Source: Promethearchaeota archaeon (GTDB taxonomy: Archaea > Asgardarchaeota > Lokiarchaeia > Sigyniarchaeales > SOKP01). Taken from it: a stretch of 64,000 nucleotides of DNA. The notes under the pieces are model-generated. The model was given only the letters and a program-made list of their open reading frames with translations. It searched no databases and had not been told where the DNA came from. Both the position numbers and the translations under genes were made by a program. The stretch spans positions 32,001 to 96,000 of the forward strand of contig JAUVXW010000004.1 of assembly GCA_030603385.1 (NCBI GenBank). The letters run 5' to 3'. Positions 59,022-64,000 of this stretch are shown in pieces. The first letter of the stretch is position 1. Each line of letters starts with the position of its first letter.

Positions 59022-59870
59022 TTAGTCAATTTTAGTTTCTTTGTCCACACGCATTGTATATAACTCTTCAAATTTTTCGTGTGATTCTATTTCCTTTTCT
59101 ATTTGCTTTTCAATTATATCTTCTAATCCTTCTTCAAAAAATACGTTTTTTTTGAACTTTTTTGCGGGAGCTCCTAAGTATATAAAATTTTCTTCTAACT
59201 CTTGACCAACAGTAGTCAAAGAATGCCCTCCTAAAATTGAATTCTTTTTAATATGTGTTCCAGGCATAACAACACTGTGAGCACCAATTACTACATTATC
59301 TTCTATAATTGTTTTTCTTATAATAAATAAATTTCCGACTATTAGAGCTGATTGAACAATAGCACTTTGCCCAACGACTATATTTTTTCCAAATTCAATA
59401 AATTCCGTATCAACCCACCCTTCAAAAAGTGAATTTGAATATTTAATTTTCATACCAAACATTTTTAAACATATATTATTCATAAATGGGAAGGGGAATT
59501 TATGAGATATCCAAATTGGCCATTTCTTTATCGTACTTCTTAAACTCCAGTATCTATAATCTTTATCAGAAGAGTGCCTTAAAAAAATACCCTCTCGCGG
59601 TTTATGAATACGATTGACGATTATGAGAAATATCTTAGCAAAAATTAAGGATACGATAATAGAAGTTAGGTACATTACAAAAACTAAAAGGGGTAAGAAA
59701 AAAAGGAAGTGAATAAATTTTGGCTCATAAAGTTTCCAAAACAACCAAAATTCAAATTGAATTGTAAAAATACTAATCCAGATCAAAAAAATATAGAAAA
59801 TTAAGTATCTCTTTTTTACTAAAGTAAGAGTAGTATTTGGTCCAACATTTAAACTTGCGGGTACTGACAT
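59022..59870 (-). CDS. TM + left-handed beta-helix protein, module type C (intron-less paralogue)
   Basis: MSVPASLNVGPNTTLTLVKKRY...DKDYRYWSLR...SNSLFEGWVDTEFI. Confidence 0.88.
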   Translation of the reverse strand: MSVPASLNVGPNTTLTLVKKRYLIFYIFLIWISIFTIQFEFWLFWKLYEPKFIHFLFFLPLLVFVMYLTSIIVSLIFAKIFLIIVNRIHKPREGIFLRHSSDKDYRYWSLRSTIKKWPIWISHKFPFPFMNNICLKMFGMKIKYSNSLFEGWVDTEFIEFGKNIVVGQSAIVQSALIVGNLFIIRKTIIEDNVVIGAHSVVMPGTHIKKNSILGGHSLTTVGQELEENFIYLGAPAKKFKKNVFFEEGLEDIIEKQIEKEIESHEKFEELYTMRVDKETKID

Positions 59871-59875
59871 AATGT

Positions 59876-60766
59876 TCAATCCTCCGAGTTAATGTGAAGA
59901 AATTTTTTCTTATCTTCATCAATATTAACTTCTTGTTTAACTTCATATTTTATTTCTTCATCCACATGCTTTCTATAAATGAGATCTCTTCTTTGCTCTG
60001 CATATTTATTAGGTTTTAATTTCCTTGCAAATTGAGGGCCTATATAAATCCAGGCTCGTTCTAAAATTTGGCTAGGAATTATAGTAGAAAAAGCTCCAAG
60101 CACAGATTCCTTCTCCATAATAGTACCTGGAGAAACGTGTGATACACCACCAACTAGTATGTGATCTCCTAGGATTACCTTTTTTATTATCAGATAGTTT
60201 CCTACCACCATTGAACTCATTACTACAGCTCCCTGCCCAACGGTAATGTTTCGGCCAAATTCTATAAATTCTCCATCCACCCAAGCATCATGTGCGTGAC
60301 TTGAGAAATCAATTCTTATACCTAACCACTTAAATCCCCACGTAACGACCCACGGGAGCGGACCATTACTCATAAACCAAAATACGAGTTTTTTAAGTTC
60401 TACTCTCAATCTCCAAAATTCATAATCGTTATCACCCTCGATTGCTCTGAAAACACCCTCTTTGGGAGTATGGATCATATTTATTATAAGAAGGAATGCT
60501 TTTGTAAAAATCGCAATACCAAATATAAAGATAAAATATAAAACAAATAACCATATAGGAAGTAAAAACATATTTATATACCATGTAATATTTCGCGATA
60601 TATCGAAAAATATAGCAGCAGCCATGTATCCAGAAATCCATAAGATAGGGATGTATAAAGCTAGAAACTTATAACCAATTCTACTTATTGCACTGGTTGT
60701 TACAAAATCAATCGTATAATCTATTTTGTTAGTCTCGTTTTTTAATCCTTTTCCAACTTTACTCAT
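59876..60766 (-). CDS. TM + left-handed beta-helix protein, module type B
   Basis: DFVTTSAISR...EFWRLRVELKK...SSMVVG; matches the C-terminal half of the fused genes. Confidence 0.88.
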   Translation of the reverse strand: MSKVGKGLKNETNKIDYTIDFVTTSAISRIGYKFLALYIPILWISGYMAAAIFFDISRNITWYINMFLLPIWLFVLYFIFIFGIAIFTKAFLLIINMIHTPKEGVFRAIEGDNDYEFWRLRVELKKLVFWFMSNGPLPWVVTWGFKWLGIRIDFSSHAHDAWVDGEFIEFGRNITVGQGAVVMSSMVVGNYLIIKKVILGDHILVGGVSHVSPGTIMEKESVLGAFSTIIPSQILERAWIYIGPQFARKLKPNKYAEQRRDLIYRKHVDEEIKYEVKQEVNIDEDKKKFLHINSED

Positions 60767-61688
60767 TTAATTTACTCTCAATATTTTTCTTTTTTCTTTT
60801 TTTTGATAAATTCATCTTTTCGTTAAGATCTTCCGCTCTTTTCAAATCTTCTTCTGTGATTTGTAAGAAATCCATTACCCTTCTCTTAAAGATTTTTCTT
60901 AGAGGAGTTCCAAAATAGTAATTATTACCTTTCAAAATATTATATTTTGTTGCTCCTGTCACGGGAAACCACCAAGAATTATTACCAATTTCTACACCAG
61001 GACCAAAACAATTAAAACCTCCAGAAGTAACATTATTACCAATTTTTACTTTTGCAAAAGAAATATTTCCGAAAATCCCTTCTACAGCATGCGAGACCAT
61101 ACCAGGATTTGTTCCAATGTAAGAATTTTCTCCAATTTCTATAAATCGATCACCAGCAAGTTGTTCTTCTATAACCGTTCCTTTTCCAATTTTATTAGTC
61201 CGTGTAAAATTAAACATCCATTTTAATAGCCAGGGAAATGGTCCTCTTGAAAAAGCATTTTTCGGATATTTAATCGTAAAACTACGAAAGTGGTAAAAAT
61301 TTAAAGTTTTACTGGGTATATTTCTTGGAATAATCCCTGATTTTGAAGGGGATCGCTTTTCTGAGATGCCCCAAAACCATCGGGTAATTAATGCTACAAA
61401 AAATAGATGTATTAAGTAGCATACGATAATTACAAGAGGTAGACATAAAGAAGCAATTAGAGAAGGTAAATTGGTAAATATTGAGATAAAATTCCTTACT
61501 TCTAAGAAAAAGGGTAAATAAAATAGCATTATAAACATCATGAAAATTATGGCTGGTACTAGGAAAGAGCCAAAATAAATGACAAAAAATGCAGGTAAAT
61601 ACCAATGCAATTGTAAATTAATTTCTTCTTTAATAAGATTATTAGCAGGATCTACGTTTTTTGTTTCAGTTTCTTTTGTTTCCGCCAC
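60759..61688 (-). CDS. TM + left-handed beta-helix protein, module type A
   Basis: SPSKSGIIPRN...VSHAVEGIFGNISF; matches the N-terminal half of the fused genes. Confidence 0.88.
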   Translation of the reverse strand: MAETKETETKNVDPANNLIKEEINLQLHWYLPAFFVIYFGSFLVPAIIFMMFIMLFYLPFFLEVRNFISIFTNLPSLIASLCLPLVIIVCYLIHLFFVALITRWFWGISEKRSPSKSGIIPRNIPSKTLNFYHFRSFTIKYPKNAFSRGPFPWLLKWMFNFTRTNKIGKGTVIEEQLAGDRFIEIGENSYIGTNPGMVSHAVEGIFGNISFAKVKIGNNVTSGGFNCFGPGVEIGNNSWWFPVTGATKYNILKGNNYYFGTPLRKIFKRRVMDFLQITEEDLKRAEDLNEKMNLSKKRKKKNIESKLNE

Positions 61689-61927
61689 GATTTTTCCCTT
61701 TTAAGTAAAATCTTTCAAATTTCCACTATTTTCTTACGGTTTCTTTTTTTATATACTTGAGAGTATTTAAAAATTTTCAGATTAAAAATCATCGGATAAG
61801 TGGAAAAATAAGAGTGTTAAAAAACAATTATTTAATCTTTTTTTTTCTTTAGAAATTACTGACAAAACTTTATATACTAATCGCTCATTTTTTCCATAAA
61901 AGTCTATATGGCTTCGGCGAATTTAGA

Positions 61928-64000
61928 ATGAATAAAAATTGGAAATCTAAATATTTGGTATATTTAATAATAATAGGTTTTTCGATAGTTATAATTAGCA
62001 AAAATAACGTTAATCTCAACCTAGAACAGGTTAATAATACAGATGTGGTAAAAGATAAATTTGGAACTAAATTGAAACAAGCTTCTGGGTATTGGGATCC
62101 ACAAATTACCAAACCAGTAGGGGATGGACCTCGCAGTGTATTCATAGAAGACACAAACAACGATGGATATAATGATATTTGTACTGCTAATTTTGATGAT
62201 GATAATGTCTCAATACTTTTATGGAATAATACAATTGGTGATTGGAACCCACTGATTACAAGATCTGTAGGGAATACCCCTTTCAGTGTATTCATAGAAG
62301 ACACAAACAATGATGGATATAATGATATTTGTACTGCTAATTTGATTGATGATACTATCTCAATACTTTTATGGAATAATACAATTGGTGATTGGAACCC
62401 ACTGATTACAAGATCTGTAGGGAATGCCCCTTACAGTGTATTCATAGAAGACACAAACAACGATGGATATAATGATATTTGTACAGCTAATTTTTACGAT
62501 AATACTACCTCAATACTTTTAATAATAATACAATTGGTGATTGGAACCCACTGATTACAAGATCTGTAGGGAATTACCCTTTAAGTGTATTCATAGAAGA
62601 CACAAACAATGATGGATATAATGATATTTGTACTGCTAATTTTTTTGATGATACGATCTCAATATTCTTGTGGAATAATATCAGTGCCAATTGGGACCCA
62701 CAGATTACAAGATCTGTAGGAGAGGGACCTCGCAGTGTATTCATAGGAGACACAAACAATGATGGATATAATGATATTTGTACTGCTAATATTAATGATA
62801 ATACTATCTCAATACTTTTATGGAATAATACAATTGGTGATTGGAACCCACAAATTATAAAATCTGGAATAATAAATCTACATAACTTATGTATAGGAGA
62901 TGCTGATAATGATGGGGATAATGACATTGTCACCGCTAGTTCTGCTACAAATAATATCTTAATATTTTTATGGAATAATACGATTAGTGACTGGGATCCA
63001 GAGATTACAAAATCTGTAGGAAATGGCCCAGATATGGTATATATAGGAGATGCCAATAATGATGGGTATAATGACATTATTACTGCCAATCGTCTAGGTA
63101 ATACGGTCTCAATACTTTTATGGGTACCTCATTATGTAAATATTAGTACACCCGAAAATAGCATATATAACAAACCGATGAGTGGATATTACCTTTGTTC
63201 CAACGGATTTGAAAATGATGAAATTGGAAGTGAACCTGAATGGTTTGAACAAATTGGTACTAATGGCGGAACTGTGCAAGTTATTGGAACGCTCGATGGC
63301 CATGAATATGTTCTTGATATTTATGATTCTTCAACAGGTATTTTAAACGCTCACGTAAGAAAATTACTTCCCTCAATGCCGTCTTCCGGGACTGTGGAAT
63401 ATTGGATGAGGGTTGATGATTCTACAAAAGTGTGTGGATTTCGTATTGATCAAGGCGCAATACCTAATGAAATGGTTACTATGCGCACTTTTTTCAATTT
63501 CTTACAATATAATAACGGAACTGATTGGAACACCATTCGATTTATTTCTAATAATACTTGGTATCATATAAGAGTGGATTTCGAATGCACAACTGGGAAC
63601 TACCAAGGTCTTTCACAATACTCATGGCGATTGTATGTAAATGATACTCAATATGGTGATTATCCCTTTGCTAATAATCAATCATATGCATATAGAACCA
63701 CTTGGTATAATGATTATTTACACGCTATGTCAGATTATCATTATTATCTTGATGCTATTGGCTTTTCTTGGGATTCTAAGTATCACATAGGTGATAATTT
63801 AAATGAAGGAATGTTATTGAGCATTGAGGAAAATTTTGACCATGAGTGGATATGCTACTCAATTGATGGTTCGACCAATGTTACAATATTAGGAAATATA
63901 CCATTTGCTTTTCCTAGTGATGGTCAACATTCAATTCAGGTATTTGCACAAGATTCGGCAGGGGATATAATTACGTCAGACTTAAGATATTTTTTTATTG
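61928..64000 (+). pseudogene. Secreted FG-GAP beta-propeller surface protein, frameshifted near 62521, runs off window
   Basis: Signal peptide, seven 50-aa DxNNDGYNDI repeats; after a 1-nt loss the new frame stays open to 64000 (PMSGYY..GFEND, GTVEYW, WYHIRVDF, YSIDG). Confidence 0.75.
62093..63123 (+). repeat. Seven tandem ~150-bp intragenic repeats
   Basis: Near-identical units 1-5 (gtattcatagaagacacaaacaa.gatggatataatgatatttgtac), more diverged units 6-7. Confidence 0.9.

Noticed and set aside
62093-63123. Possible CRISPR array
   Set aside because: 150-bp coding repeats without unique spacers
1229-63303. Numerous short antisense or alternative-frame ORFs in the track (e.g. 10204, 24601, 33996, 62574)
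   Set aside because: Shadows of well-supported genes

Overview
AT-rich archaeal chromosomal DNA, very probably Asgard (Lokiarchaeia). This is inferred from gelsolin-like, LRR and longin/roadblock-like proteins and a eukaryote-type 3'UTR SECIS. The left ~40 kb is mostly metabolic: SdhAB, FumC, citrate synthase, two aconitases, two GDHs, GH29/GH31 glycosidases, CCG Fe-S proteins and an acyl-CoA synthetase. It also holds a UGA-recoded UxxC peroxiredoxin-like selenoprotein with its SECIS. The right part carries seven paralogous membrane proteins built from [2 TM + left-handed beta-helix] modules of three types (A, B, C), which resemble the C-terminal condensation region of Pls-type poly-amino-acid synthetases. 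The main discovery is a 29-nt insertion (41517-41545, minus strand) in one type-C gene. It folds into a canonical bulge-helix-bulge (BHB), and removing it at the predicted tRNA-endonuclease cut sites restores the frame and an N-terminus colinear with the intron-less paralogue. This makes it a candidate BHB mRNA intron in an Asgard protein-coding gene. Several broken genes, a 127-bp direct repeat, TA-like pairs and a frameshifted 7-repeat FG-GAP surface protein are also present.
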